Part shown: piece after piece, positions 11,848 to 23,065 of the stretch
Layout of the letters: each line of letters starts with the position of its first letter
How positions within the stretch are numbered: position 1 is the first letter of the stretch
DNA from: Octopus sinensis
Lineage: Eukaryota
Assembly (NCBI RefSeq): GCF_006345805.1
Contig: NC_043010.1
Location: 25,296,001-25,360,000, forward strand
Direction of reading: 5' to 3'
DNA length: 64,000 nucleotides
Translations under genes and position numbers: made by a program
The notes under the pieces: model-generated
Database searches by the model: none
Told to the model about the DNA's origin: nothing
The model's input: the letters and a program-made list of their open reading frames with translations, nothing else

Positions 11848-12858
11848 CTATCCATATGGTATATTTATATTCAACATTTTAAATTTAGCCGCATGCCTAC
11901 ATAAGTTCATTAGCTCACTTCTTTGATTCAAAGAATTATTGTCTTTGAATAAGATGTACATTTTTTTCTAATAGACAAAGCTTGCACTTGAAATTATTTT
12001 TGTATGCTCCATACCTGTATGGTGCCGCCCTGTCCAGAATGCTCCATGTCACGTTGAAAGGTGGGGCTTCCTTTTCTTTTAGTTCCCAGACATATTTTGC
12101 TAGGCTGGTTTTCTTCCTATTCTCTGGGTATTTAAATGAATTTTTATGAGAATAAAATCTTGTTTTAAATGAATTTTCTGAAGCCCCTGTGTATGTCTTG
12201 TATTCCAATGAGCCTTCCACTTGCACCTTGGCTCTATAAACTACTCCTTTCACTAGACATTTCCCTTCTAACGGACAGGAGCTTTCGTTTTTGAAATTAC
12301 ATTTCTTAATGGGCTCGGCACCATGTCTAATCTCAATTAGCTTCCTATTATGTTGGCTAATGTAAGAGGCGAAATTTCTGCAACAAGAATAGCTAACCTT
12401 CAGGGTTCTTCTGTTAAATATCCTATAGAATTTATGACCCTGCTTAAAATGCTTAGAGACTAATCTCAAAAATTCCTTACCTATATTAGTCTTTACGGCC
12501 TTATTGAAAGCCGGGTTGAACCACAAAACTTTCCTGGTCCTAGTTCTTCGTGCAGCATTATTATCAGCATTAAGCTGGTTGAACTGGATCTTCTCAGAGA
12601 ATCCACTATCCTTTAATGCGCTATCGTAATAAGGTGCAGCATTATGGAATGCTGCCTCGTCCGAAGAAATTGAAGATATTCTTCTACCTACATTGCTGAC
12701 TAAGTTCCTAAGGATAACTGGTGGATGGTTCGAATCTTTGCTAATATACGATAGCTTTTCATTGGGCTTACGGAAAGGTTTAAATCTATCCGATCTTACA
12801 TTAAAATTTACGTCTAAAAAATCTACACTATTCAGGTTAGCATCTATCGTAACCCGTA
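11848..12858 (-). pseudogene. Penelope RT-GIY-YIG ORF fragment with a +1 frameshift in an A7 run near 11961-11967
   Basis: Removing one A restores EKMYILFKDNNSLNQRSELMNLCRHAAKF, the typical Penelope C-terminal LNxRSELxxxCRH motif, with a stop at 11848. Confidence 0.82.
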
Positions 12859-12892
12859 AAAAAAAATATTGACATTTTTATGCTTTTATATA

Positions 12893-15179
12893 TCCGGGGG
12901 AGAGGTAGACCCAAGAAGACATGGGATGAGGTAGTCAAGCATGACCTCAGAGCGTTGGGCCTCACTGAGGCAATGGCTAAGGACCGAGATCTCTGGAGAT
13001 GTGCTGTGACTACTAAGACCCGGGATGCTTCCGGCACCAGTTCCGCATACCCCCTGCCCATTCAAAGTACCTTGGATCCCGGAACATCTCACTGTGCTTG
13101 AGGAGACTTGTTGAGTCAAGTGCATATACATGAACATCGAACCAAATATCAATGGAAACAGTAGCTTTGATACCTGTGCCGGTGACACATAAAAAGCACC
13201 ATCCGAACGTGGCCGTTGCCAGTGCAGCCTCGACTGGCTTCTGTGCTGGTGGCACACAAAAAGCACCATCCGAACGTGGACCGATGCCAACCCCGCCTCG
13301 AATGGCTTCTGTGCCTGTGGCACATAAAAAGCACCATCCGAACGTGGCCGATGCCAGCACCGCCTCGACTGGCTTCTGTGCCGGTGGCACATAAAAAGCA
13401 CCAACCGATCGTAGGATCCCGGAACATCTCGCTGTTCTTGCACCAACCAATCAATGGAAACAGTAGTTGTGATACCTGTGCTGGTGACACATAAAAAGCA
13501 CCATCCGAACGTGGCCATTGCCAGTGCAGCCTCGACTGGCTTCTGTGCCGGTGGCACATAAAAGTACCATCCGAACGTGACCGATGCCAACCTTGCCTCG
13601 AATGGCTTCTGTGCCGGTGGCACATAAAAAGCACCATCCGAACGTGGCCGATGCCAGCACTGCCCCGACTGGCTTCTGTGCCGGTGGCACATAAAAAGCA
13701 TCATCCGAACGTGGCCAACGCCAGCACCGCCTCGACTGGCTTCTGTGCCAGTGGCACATAAAAAGCACCAACCGATCGTGGGATCCCGGAACATCTCGCT
13801 GTGCTTGAGGAGACCTGTTGAGTCAAGTGCAAGTACATGAACATCGAACCAAATATCAATGGAAACAGTAGCTGTGATACCTGTGCCGGTGACACATAAA
13901 AAGCACCATCCGAACGTGGCCGTTGTAAGTGCAGCCTCGACTGGCTTCTGTGCTGGTGGCACACAAAAAGCACCATCCGAACGTGGACCGATGCCAACCC
14001 CGCCTCGAATGGCTTCTGTGCCTGTGGCACATAAAAAGCACCATCCGAACGTGGCCGATGCCAGCACCGCCCCGACTGGCTTCTGTGACGATGGCACATA
14101 AAAAGCACCATCCGAACGTGGCCGATGCCAGCACCGCCTTGACTGGCTTCTGTGCCGGTGGCACATAAAAAGCACCAACCGATCGTAGGATCCCGGAACA
14201 TCTCACTGTTCTTGCACCAACCAATCAATGGAAACAGTAGTTGTGATACCTGTGCTGGTGACACATAAAAAGCACCATCCGAACGTGGCCATTGCCAGTG
14301 CAGCCTCGACTGGCTTCTGTGCCGGTGGCACATAAAAAGCACCATCCGAACGTGACCGATGCCAACCCTGCCTCGAATGGCTTCTGTGCCGGTGACACAT
14401 AAAAAGCACCATCCGAACGTGGCCGATGCCAGCACCGCCCCGACTGGCTTCTGTGCCGGTAGCACATAAAAAGCACCATCCGAACGTGGCCAACGCCAGC
14501 ACCGCCTCGACTGGCTTCTGTGCCGGTGGCACATAAAAAGCACCATCCGAACGTGGGATCCCGGAACATCTCGCAGTGCTTGAGGAGACCTGTTGAGTCA
14601 AGTACATGTACATGAACATCGAACCAAATATCAATGGAAACAGTAGTTGTGATACCTGTGCCGGTGACACATAAAAAGCACCATCCGAATGTGGCCGTTG
14701 CCAGTGCAGCCTCCACTGGCTTCTGTGCCGGTGGCACATAAAAAGCACCATCCGAACGTGACCGATGCCAACCCCGCCTCGAATGGCTTCTGTGCCGGTG
14801 GCACATATAAAGCACCATCCGAACGTGGCCGATGCCAGCACCGCCCCGACTGGCTTCTGTGTCGGTTGCACATAAAAAGCACCATCCAAACGTGGCCGAT
14901 GCCAGCACCGCCTTGACTGGCTTCTGTGCCGGTGGCATATAAAAAAGCACCAACTGATCGTGGCCGATGCCAGACCCCTCTGGCACCTGTGCAGGTGGCA
15001 CGTAAAAAGCACCCACTACACTCGCGGAGTGGTTGGAGTTAGGAAGGGCATCCAGCTGTAGAAACACTGCCAGATCAGACTGGAGCCTGGGGCAGCCCCT
15101 GGCTCCCCAGACCCCGGTCGAACCGTCCAACCCGTGCTAGCGCGGAAAACGGACGTTAAACGATGATGATGATGATGAT
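12893..15179 (+). mobile_element. 5'-truncated RTE LINE: ORF end GRGRPKKTWDEVVKHDLRALGLTEAMAKDRDLWR, expanded 3' UTR and (GAT)n tail
   Basis: RTE C-terminal motif; same layout as the copy at 47866-48647. Confidence 0.85.
13074..15015. repeat. 67-bp minisatellite (about 25 monomers) arranged in higher-order blocks
   Basis: Monomer cacataaaaagcaccatccgaacgtggccgatgccagcaccgcctcgactggcttctgtgccggtgg; block markers ggatcccggaacatctc at 13074, 13414, 13781, 14188 and 14556. Confidence 0.95.
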
Positions 15180-15645
15180 ATATTAGACAGAATGAGATAA
15201 CAAATCCAAGGCTGTGAGGAGTTTTCAGGACATTTATAATGAAATTGTCTTACAACTGTTTCGGGGATATCCCAGAAATATTCCTAAAATATATATGTGT
15301 GTGTGTAATTGAAAAAATGTTTAGAGATCTATTCAAATCAAATTTATATATATAAAAATGATGGAGGTGGAAATAGCATAGAATTAAGTCTAAGATATTT
15401 TCAGTTCAAGAGGGAATTTAATAAAAGGTCATATAAATAAAAATACTAATATTACCAGTTTCGATGTATTTCATCTTATCAAATATTAGTAAAAATTTGA
15501 AGTAAAAACAGTCTATCTTCTGTCTGGTTGCCAAGAACATGTCTGTAGATTTTTCGTTGAAGTCTTCTTTAAATATAGTTTGGTGTAGAGTTCAAAGTGT
15601 TAGAGAGTGAGAGAAGATAACTACACTACATCCTTTGTATTTCAG

Positions 15646-15711
15646 TATTATGGAGATGCTGTTATCCTTCAATGCTTCTGTCGATACTAAAGATGAGTCA
15701 GGAAAAACAGC
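15646..15711 (+). CDS. FANK1: FANK1 exon (D-IMEMLLSFNASVDTKDESGKT-A)
   Basis: ttcag| and |gtaagt, phase 2/2. Resembles human [23 protein letters not shown]. Confidence 0.88.
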
Positions 15712-16606
15712 GTAAGTATTTAGAATATCTTGTTTTATTTTGTGTTGGGGAGATAGGTCTTGTTACATTAGAGCAGTAGTAGTAACTACTCAAAACTTTG
15801 CAGGAGCTAACTTCTGTCACTAGATTTTATTGCCATCTGTAGTAAAATACTAATTTGGAAAAAGAAGTTTAGGGTGATCTTTTTCTAGATACACACATAT
15901 GATTTGTAATGAATGATTCTTATGCTTTCAGAACAAAAAAAAACAAAAAAACCCTGAGTTTCAGTAGCAGATAATAGCACCTTCAAGACCAGGGGAAGCA
16001 TATATTTATGCTGATGCTTGCAGGAGTAAATTCAACAGATGTTATGGAATTTTAAGTGAGTAGTAGTGAACATAACACATTTGGGTTTTCAACAGTGAAA
16101 ATGCCAGCATATCATTCAGAAGTAAGTTCTGCACACTCTTTGTGGCCTGTTTTGAGATTATGAAGGGAACAATCTGGAGAGTGGTGCTTTTGTTCCAAAT
16201 ACACATATTTCCAGAACACTTTATTATCCTGGTTGGTTTTCTTTTTAATCAGTTGCTTGATATGGTTTTATCAGCCCCTCACTATCTATCTATATCAAGC
16301 TATATATAGCTATGTTATGGCCAAACTTACAACTTGTTTCTCCAGTCTAGAACTCAAATTCAAATTGAATATGATAAAGAGAAAATAGCATTTAAATTTC
16401 AGTTTGAAAAACAAAAATAAATTCAGTACTTTAATAAAATTTTAAATTTCAGTTTCACTTATCTTCTTCAAAACTCATCTCTGGCTTTCCAGTTTAGTGA
16501 AATATCTCAGTTTCATTAAAACAAATTTTCAAAATAGAAGCACATATGTAAAAGAAAGCATATATGAAATAACGTTTTTTTTTTTTTTTTTGTGGTGTTA
16601 TCTCAG

Positions 16607-16821
16607 TTTAATGCATGCCTGCTTCCATGGCCAGTTACCAGCTGTGAAGATACTGATTGCTCATGGTGCACTCTTTGATGATTATGATTTGGGTGGATCT
16701 AGTGCAATTCATTATGCCATTGACAGCTGCAACTGTGAGCTCATCGAGTGGATTTTCAAGTCAGGAGCAGATGTAAACTGTCGAGACAGAAATGCTGGCT
16801 GGACTCCATTGATACGGTGTG
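16607..16821 (+). CDS. FANK1: FANK1 exon, two ankyrin repeats (LMHACFHGQLPAVKILIAHGALFDDYDLGGSSAIHYAIDSCNCELIEWIFKSGADVNCRDRNAGWTPLIRC)
   Basis: ctcag| and |gtgagt. Resembles human LMLACYAGHL...[25 protein letters not shown]...GWTPLMRV. Confidence 0.95.
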
Positions 16822-17454
16822 GTGAGTTTTGTGTTTATAATTTGATCATTTTCTTCTTCCTTTTACAAACTCGTTGGGAAGCACATGCGTGTATGTGTGT
16901 GTGTGTGTTTGCATGACTGTAGAGTTTCAGGTTTATGTACAGAGTTATATCTGCTTCATCCAGCCAGACATCTGTATGTCGTATCTGCAGCTAAGGATGC
17001 ACATCAAGGACTGGGATGTATGATTATGCACAGAGGTGAAGATGACCATTATATTGAGTGGAAAACCATAAATAAAATGAATTCAAATCATCTTTTATTT
17101 TCTAGAAAAAATTCTCTATTTGATTTAACTACAATTGCTTATATATATATATATATATATCATCATCATTATATAATGTCTGTTGTCCATAGTGGCATGG
17201 GTTGGACAGTTTGACCAGGGCTGGTAAGCCGGAAGGCTGCACCAGACTCCAGTTTGATTTGGCATGGTTTTCTACAGCTGGATGTCCTTCCTAACGCCAA
17301 CCACTCTGAGAGTGTAGTGGGTGCTTTTACATGCCAACAGCACGAGTGCCATTTGTGTGACACCGGTATCTTCCACAGCAGCAATTTTGCTTGACTTGAT
17401 GGGTCTTCTGCTCAAGCATGACATAGTGCCAAAGGTCTTTGTCATTGCCTCCAT

Positions 17455-17670
17455 GAGGCCCATTGCTCGGAAGGAATTCAGCCACTTTACCTCCGAGAGG
17501 TCCACCACTCGTAAGGAACCCAGCCACTTTGCCTCTGTGAGGACCCAATGCTTGAAAGGAACTCACCCACTTTACCTCCGTGAAACCCAATACTTGTAGG
17601 AAACTCAGCCACTCTGCCTCCAGTTGAAAGAAACTCAGCCACTTTGCCTCTGTGAGGCCCAACACTCAAA
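17455..17670. repeat. ~40-45-bp minisatellite (cagccactttgcctctgtgaggaccc...) inside an RTE-UTR-related repeat
   Basis: Five or more degenerate units 'gaactcagccact(t/c)t(g/a)cctc'. Confidence 0.75.
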
Positions 17671-18289
17671 AGGAACTGTTTGGACAGTGTCCTTTGCATG
17701 CCACCGGCAATGGTGCCAGTTATGTGACACCAACATCAGCCATAGAAATTCATGGTGACAGCATATTGCAAGGTCAAGTAATCATTGTATTATATTCTCA
17801 TTGTATTAAACTTGTACTAAATATTTTTCAGCATGCTCCTTTATCATATTATCCACCATCAACAACTTTGGCCACCTTTTTGAATTCAGTACCTCTATTA
17901 ACCATGAACATGCTTATAAAAGTCAATAAACAGCACAACACTCATGACTTTCAGGAGCATTTTTTCTCATACTTAAAATTGTCAAAACTTAGAATAAACT
18001 GCATCAGTTGTTAGCTATAAAGACAATGCATCCTTAAAAAACTCCATACTTCCTGAAATTCACCTACACTACACTTGACAGGCCAATGTACCTTTTCCTC
18101 TTCTTTATGACTCTCTTAATGCTCTCTTTTCTGTCTTTTTGTGTTTTATTCTGTGTTCTATGCATGCACTTCTTGCTTCCATTGCTTTCTTTCTGTACTT
18201 GACTTCTACGCCTGCTTTCTGTTCCCATTTTAACTCTTTTCAGACAAGTTTTAGTGCACCTGAGCACTGTATTTGAGGAACAAGCTCAT

Positions 18290-18905
18290 TATTATTGAGT
18301 AAGAGTGCAGCACATGCTGTCAAAGTGATATTGGGGTACTAATATATAAAGCCCAATATACCCATCATGACTACCTGTCTGATAAAGGCTCACCAGGTAC
18401 ATATATCACAACCATATGTGCACAACATAGTGATCTCATGCCAAGATAAACAATATATGACCTTGCAGGTGAAACCCAATTAGAATTTTTTTCAGGTTGA
18501 TTAGCCCATTCTGCTCAAAAGGTCCTTGAATAAGGTTTGTTAAAGGATGATGAATGAAACATCCATTCAAACACTAAAGAATCCTTCTTAACACATGACT
18601 ATGAAGCTTCTCCACTATTCCTGCTTATGATAAGAGATGCACATATTATCAGCCACTAAGGGACACCTTCAACTGGTTAAGGTTAAGCAATTGACAAGCA
18701 AATCTGTGGTATTGAGCAGAATATTTGCTGCAGCCCATCTTTTACACCAAGATAAAACGTACATGATAACACTTCCAATGTAGAAACAAGATAAAGCCAG
18801 TGTAACATGTACATAAATTTGCCAAAACAATGGGTTGTCCCCACAAATATTGCGTTTAAATAAAGATCATAGAGAAACCAATTTCCAGCCATAGAAAATG
18901 TACAT
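18290..18905. mobile_element. Unclassified interspersed repeat; second copy 52564-53068, inverted partial copy 20510-20650
   Basis: Shared 'gcagtgcatgccatcaaagtgacactggggtaaaat...acaaccatatg...gatctcat..caagataaac'; ends abut (ATT)n tracts. Confidence 0.7.
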
Positions 18906-20505
18906 TCTTCACCAGAAAATCCTCGGAATTTTACAGGAAGTCCCCAAATCCTCGGAACTTTCCAGGAAGTGCCCAAATACCCTGCACTTTCCAGGAAATC
19001 CTCATATTCAGGGAACTTTCCAGGAAGTCCCCAAATCCTCGGAACTCTCCAGGAAATCATCGGAATTTTCCAGGAAGAACATCCTCAGAACTTTCCTGAA
19101 AGTTCCCAAATCATCGGAGGTTTCCAGGAAATCCCCCAAATCCTCGGAATTTTCCAGGAAGTCCCATCCTCGTGACTTTCCAGGAAGCCCCCAGATCCTC
19201 GGAATTTTCCAGGGAGTCTCAACACCGGAACTTTCCAGGAAATCTCAAACTCGGAACTTTCAAGGAAGTCCCCAAATTCTTGGAACTTTCCAGATAATTT
19301 CATCCCCAACCTAGGAAGTCTTTCTCGGGACTTTCCAGATAATTTCGTTGTCTCTTGGAACTTTCTTGGCAAGTTCGTCCCCACTAGCTGAACTTTCATG
19401 GAAGCTATCTCCCTCGGAACTTTCCAGGAAGTCTTCATCCTCGGAACTTTTCAGTTAATTTCGTCGCCATCCTCGGAACTTTCCAGGTAATTTCATCCCC
19501 AACCTCGGGACTTTCCGGGAAATCGTCCTCGGGAGTTTCTAAGAAGTCTTCCCCCTACTCGGAACTTTCCAGGAAGTCTCCCCTAATCGGAACTTTCCTG
19601 GTAATTTCGGCCCCAGTCTCATAACTGCCCAGGTAATTTCGTCCCCATCCTCGAAGCTTTCTAGGAAGTTCTTGGAACTTTCCAGGGAGTCTTCCACATC
19701 CTCGGAACTTTCCAGGTAATTTCGCCCCCAGCCTCATAACTTTCCAGGAAGTCTTCACCTACTTGAACTTTCCCCCGAAATTTCATCCTGAACCTCGAAA
19801 CTTTCCAGTAAGTCCTCCTCTCTTCAAGATTTTCCAGGAAATCATTTCACTTCCTTGGAAATATTCAGGTAATCTCGTCCCCGTTCTTGAACTTTCCCAG
19901 GTAATCTTTCTCCATCCTTGAAACTTTCCAGGAAGCCCTCCCCCTCCTCAGAACTTTCCATCAAGGCCCCTCCTCCACTTCTTTGGAACTTTACAAGACG
20001 CCCTTTCCAACCTTGGAACTTTCCAGGGAGTCATTCTCTCCCCTCAAAACTTTCCAGAATGTCCTTCTCTTCTTCGGAACTTTCCGGGATATACTCCCCC
20101 TCCTTCCCTTTGTTGGATTTAAGATCAAAAGCCATGAGCGCTACTGCCTGAGGAAGGACTTCCTGGAAAAGTTCATGGAGGTGGCCGCACTACTTCTGGG
20201 ATGATATACATTTTGGAAAGTAAAGATTTCCTGTAAAGAGGTGCGGAAGGAAGTTCCTGCTAAGTTTTGATGATAGAGAAGGACATGCTGGAAAGTTCCA
20301 AGGATGATGATGTGATTACCTTGAAAATCCCAAAGACTTCCTGGAAAGTTCTGAGGGTATTGACTTCCTGGAAATTCCTAGGAGGGGAAGGGTGTTCTTG
20401 GAAAGTTCCTATGATAGGGTGGAGACATCCTGGAATGGATGAGGAGGGACTTCCTGGAAATTTCCAAGATGGGGAGGAGGAGTGGGACTTCCTGGAAAGT
20501 TCATG
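18905..20505. repeat. ~30-bp minisatellite (cctcggaactttccaggaagtcccc) with an orientation switch near 20100-20155
   Basis: Forward units at 18905-20085; reverse-complement units (gacttcctggaaagttc) at 20155-20505. Confidence 0.9.
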
Positions 20506-21119
20506 TGCCGTTTATCCTGAAATGAGATCATTATGTCGCACACATATGGTTGTGATGAATGTGCCTGATGTACCCTTATGTCATGATGGGTATACTGAGA
20601 TTCCTATATTTTACTTTAGTGTCACTTTGATGGCATGCACTTCTCTCAGTAATAATAATTATTATTATAATCCTTTCTACTGAAGGCACAAGGCCTTGAA
20701 ATTTTGGGGAGGGAACCAGTCGATTACTTAATAATAGTAATAATAAAATATTAGTAATGGTTTCAAATTTTGGTACAGAGCTATCAGTTTTTTGAGAGGA
20801 GGGGCTAGTTGATTACATTGACTCTAGTACTTCACTGGTACTTATTTCCTCTACCCTGAAAGGATGAAAGACAAAGTCAACCTTGGTGGCATTTGAACTT
20901 TAATTGGAAAAAGCAACAATTACTTGCTCAATTTAATACATAATGTGAAAGGAAATCAACCACTGTATGTTGGATGCTACATATAATGGACTTATACCAG
21001 GCACCTCAAAAAGTTAGACGTTACATAAAGACCACATTAGTGATCTTTGAATTTCAAAAACCTCAGAGTATATCAGTGAAATGATGCATACATTACATTT
21101 TTCCTATCTGTTTTGACAG

Positions 21120-21292
21120 CCTCTCTTACTGGTAACTCAATAGTTGCTATGGTATTAATTCGCAATGGAGCCGATGTTAATCTCCAGGATAGTGATGGGA
21201 AGACCTGTTTAATGATTGCTGTCGTCAATGGTCATCAGCAATTAGTGGAAGTTCTCTTGGAGAACAACGCTGATATCTCAATTTTAAATAAG
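21120..21292 (+). CDS. FANK1: FANK1 exon, ankyrin repeats (ASLTGNSIVAMVLIRNGADVNLQDSDGKTCLMIAVVNGHQQLVEVLLENNADISILNK)
   Basis: gacag| and |gttagt, phase 1/0. Resembles human [43 protein letters not shown]. Confidence 0.95.
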
Positions 21293-22378
21293 GTTAGTAG
21301 ATTGTCATCTTTACTTTTTTATCTTAATATAATCATCATTATTGCTATTATTCGTTGTGAAGATTTACATAAAATGAGATGAGTAGGAAGCAAAAACAAT
21401 GAGATAAAAGGTATATATACATAGTATACAAGTACATGAATGATACAGTCCTCCAATAATGACAATGGGTTCTGATTTAGGCACGAGGCCAGCAATTTTG
21501 AAGGGAGTGCAAGTTACATGGCAACCTTACTAGTACAAGTGGCTTGGAAAAATCACCTGGTATATTATGTAAAGTAATTGACATTAGGACGGGCATCCAG
21601 CCATAGAAATCATGCCAAAGATGACATTGGAGCTAGATGCAGCCCTTCAGCTTGCCAGTTTCCTGTCAAATTGTCCAATCCATGCCAGCATGGAAAGCAG
21701 GCATTAAATGATGAGGATGGTATAAATCAAAACCATTGCCCCAAGTACTTGCATGATACTTTGTTTTATCAACCCAGAGAGATGAATGTTAAGTTGATTT
21801 CAGTGAGATTTGAACTCAGAATGTAAAGAGCCAAAACAAATATCACAAAGCATTTTTTTCCAATACTCTAATGATTCTGCCAGCTCACCACTCTTTCAGT
21901 GATAAAAATAATGATGACTTCTCTCTTTAGCATCAGACCACAAATGTTCTTTGGATGTGAAAAAGCAGTGATTTAAATGAACCATCATACTTTAAATGGC
22001 AGGGTAGTTTGTTTAATCAACTCTGGAGTGATGAATGATAAAGCTAGATGTGATGGGATTTGAACTCAGAATATGAAGTATTGAAACAAATGTTGCAAAG
22101 CATTTTTTTTCTGATGCTCTAACGATTTTGCCAGCTCGCTGCCTTTCCAATAACAATGATAATGGATAATAATAATTATGGTTTCAAATTTTGGCACAAG
22201 GCAAGCAATTTCAGGAGAAGGGTTTGAGTTGATTATATCAGCCCCAGTGTTCAACTGATACTTATTTTATTATCCCCAAAAAGATGAAAGGCAAAGTCAA
22301 CACCAGCAGCATTTAACTCAGAGCATAAAGTCAGATAAAATGCTGCTAAGCACTGTTTCTGACACAGTAACAATTCTG

Positions 22379-22600
22379 TCAGAAGGCAGTGAGCTGGCAG
22401 AAATGTTAGCATGCTGGGCAAAATGCTTAGCAGTATTTTGTCTGTCTTTACGTTCTGAGTTCAAATTCCACCGAGGTTGACTTTGTCTTTCATCCTTTTG
22501 GAGTCGATAAATTAAGTACCAGTTGCGCACTGGGGTTGATCTAATCGACTGGCCCACTCCCCCAAAATTTTGGGCCTTGTGCCTAAAGTAGAAAAAAAAA
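22379..22600 (+). mobile_element. tRNA-SINE (core gcctttcatccttt.ggggtcgataaattaagtaccag) inserted into an older opposite-strand copy; many relatives at 20670-20900, 21760-23270, 24060-24440, 37950-38140, 46415-46635, 47440-47650
   Basis: 13-bp TSD agtaacaattctg at 22366-22378 and 22601-22613; A-rich tail. Confidence 0.85.
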
Positions 22601-22834
22601 AGTAACAATTCTGCCAGCTTGCTGTCTTAGTGATAATGATAATGGTTTCAAATTTTGCCACAAGGCCTGCAATTTCAGAAGGGATGGGGTAAGTCAGTTA
22701 CACCTACCCCAGTACTTGACTGGTACTTATTTGATTAACCCCAAAAGGACAAAAGGCAAAGATCACCTCTTCAGCATTGGAACTCAGAGTGTAAAGACAT
22801 GAAATTCAAGCATTTTGTCATCCTCCTCCGTCTT

Positions 22835-22835
22835 C

Positions 22836-22867
<32 letters not shown>

Positions 22868-22990
22868 CTTTTCTACTATTGGCACAAGGTACTTAATTTA
22901 TCAACCCTGAAAGGATGAAAGGCAGTCGACTTCCACAGATGATGATAATGACACTGCCGCCGATAAATAATAATAATAATAAATAATAAT

Positions 22991-23034
<44 letters not shown>

Positions 23035-23065
23035 TAATAACGATAACAATAATAATAAACAACAA
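22835..23065. repeat. (TAA)n microsatellites (22835-22866 and 22965-23065)
   Basis: Direct inspection. Confidence 0.9.

Larger units (their letters stand above)
10697..12858 (-). mobile_element. 5'-truncated Penelope-like element (RT C-terminus + GIY-YIG endonuclease + ~1.1 kb 3' region)
   Basis: Open frame from 12858: LRVTIDANLNSVDFLDVKFN...SNHPPVIL...WFNPAF...YRAKV..TYTGASENSFKTRFYSH. The 3' boundary is inferred from the hammerhead and the adjacent (TA)n. Confidence 0.85.

Noticed and set aside
12886-15130. Many long overlapping minus-strand ORFs (up to 430 aa, MVLFMCHRHRSQSRRCWHRPRSDGAFYVPP...)
   Set aside because: Translations of the 67-bp satellite. The unit is not a multiple of 3, so the same peptides cycle through all frames; there is no domain or splice context.
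18683-20683. ORFs with repeated GNFPGSPQILG / SWKVP
   Set aside because: Translations of the 30-bp minisatellite.
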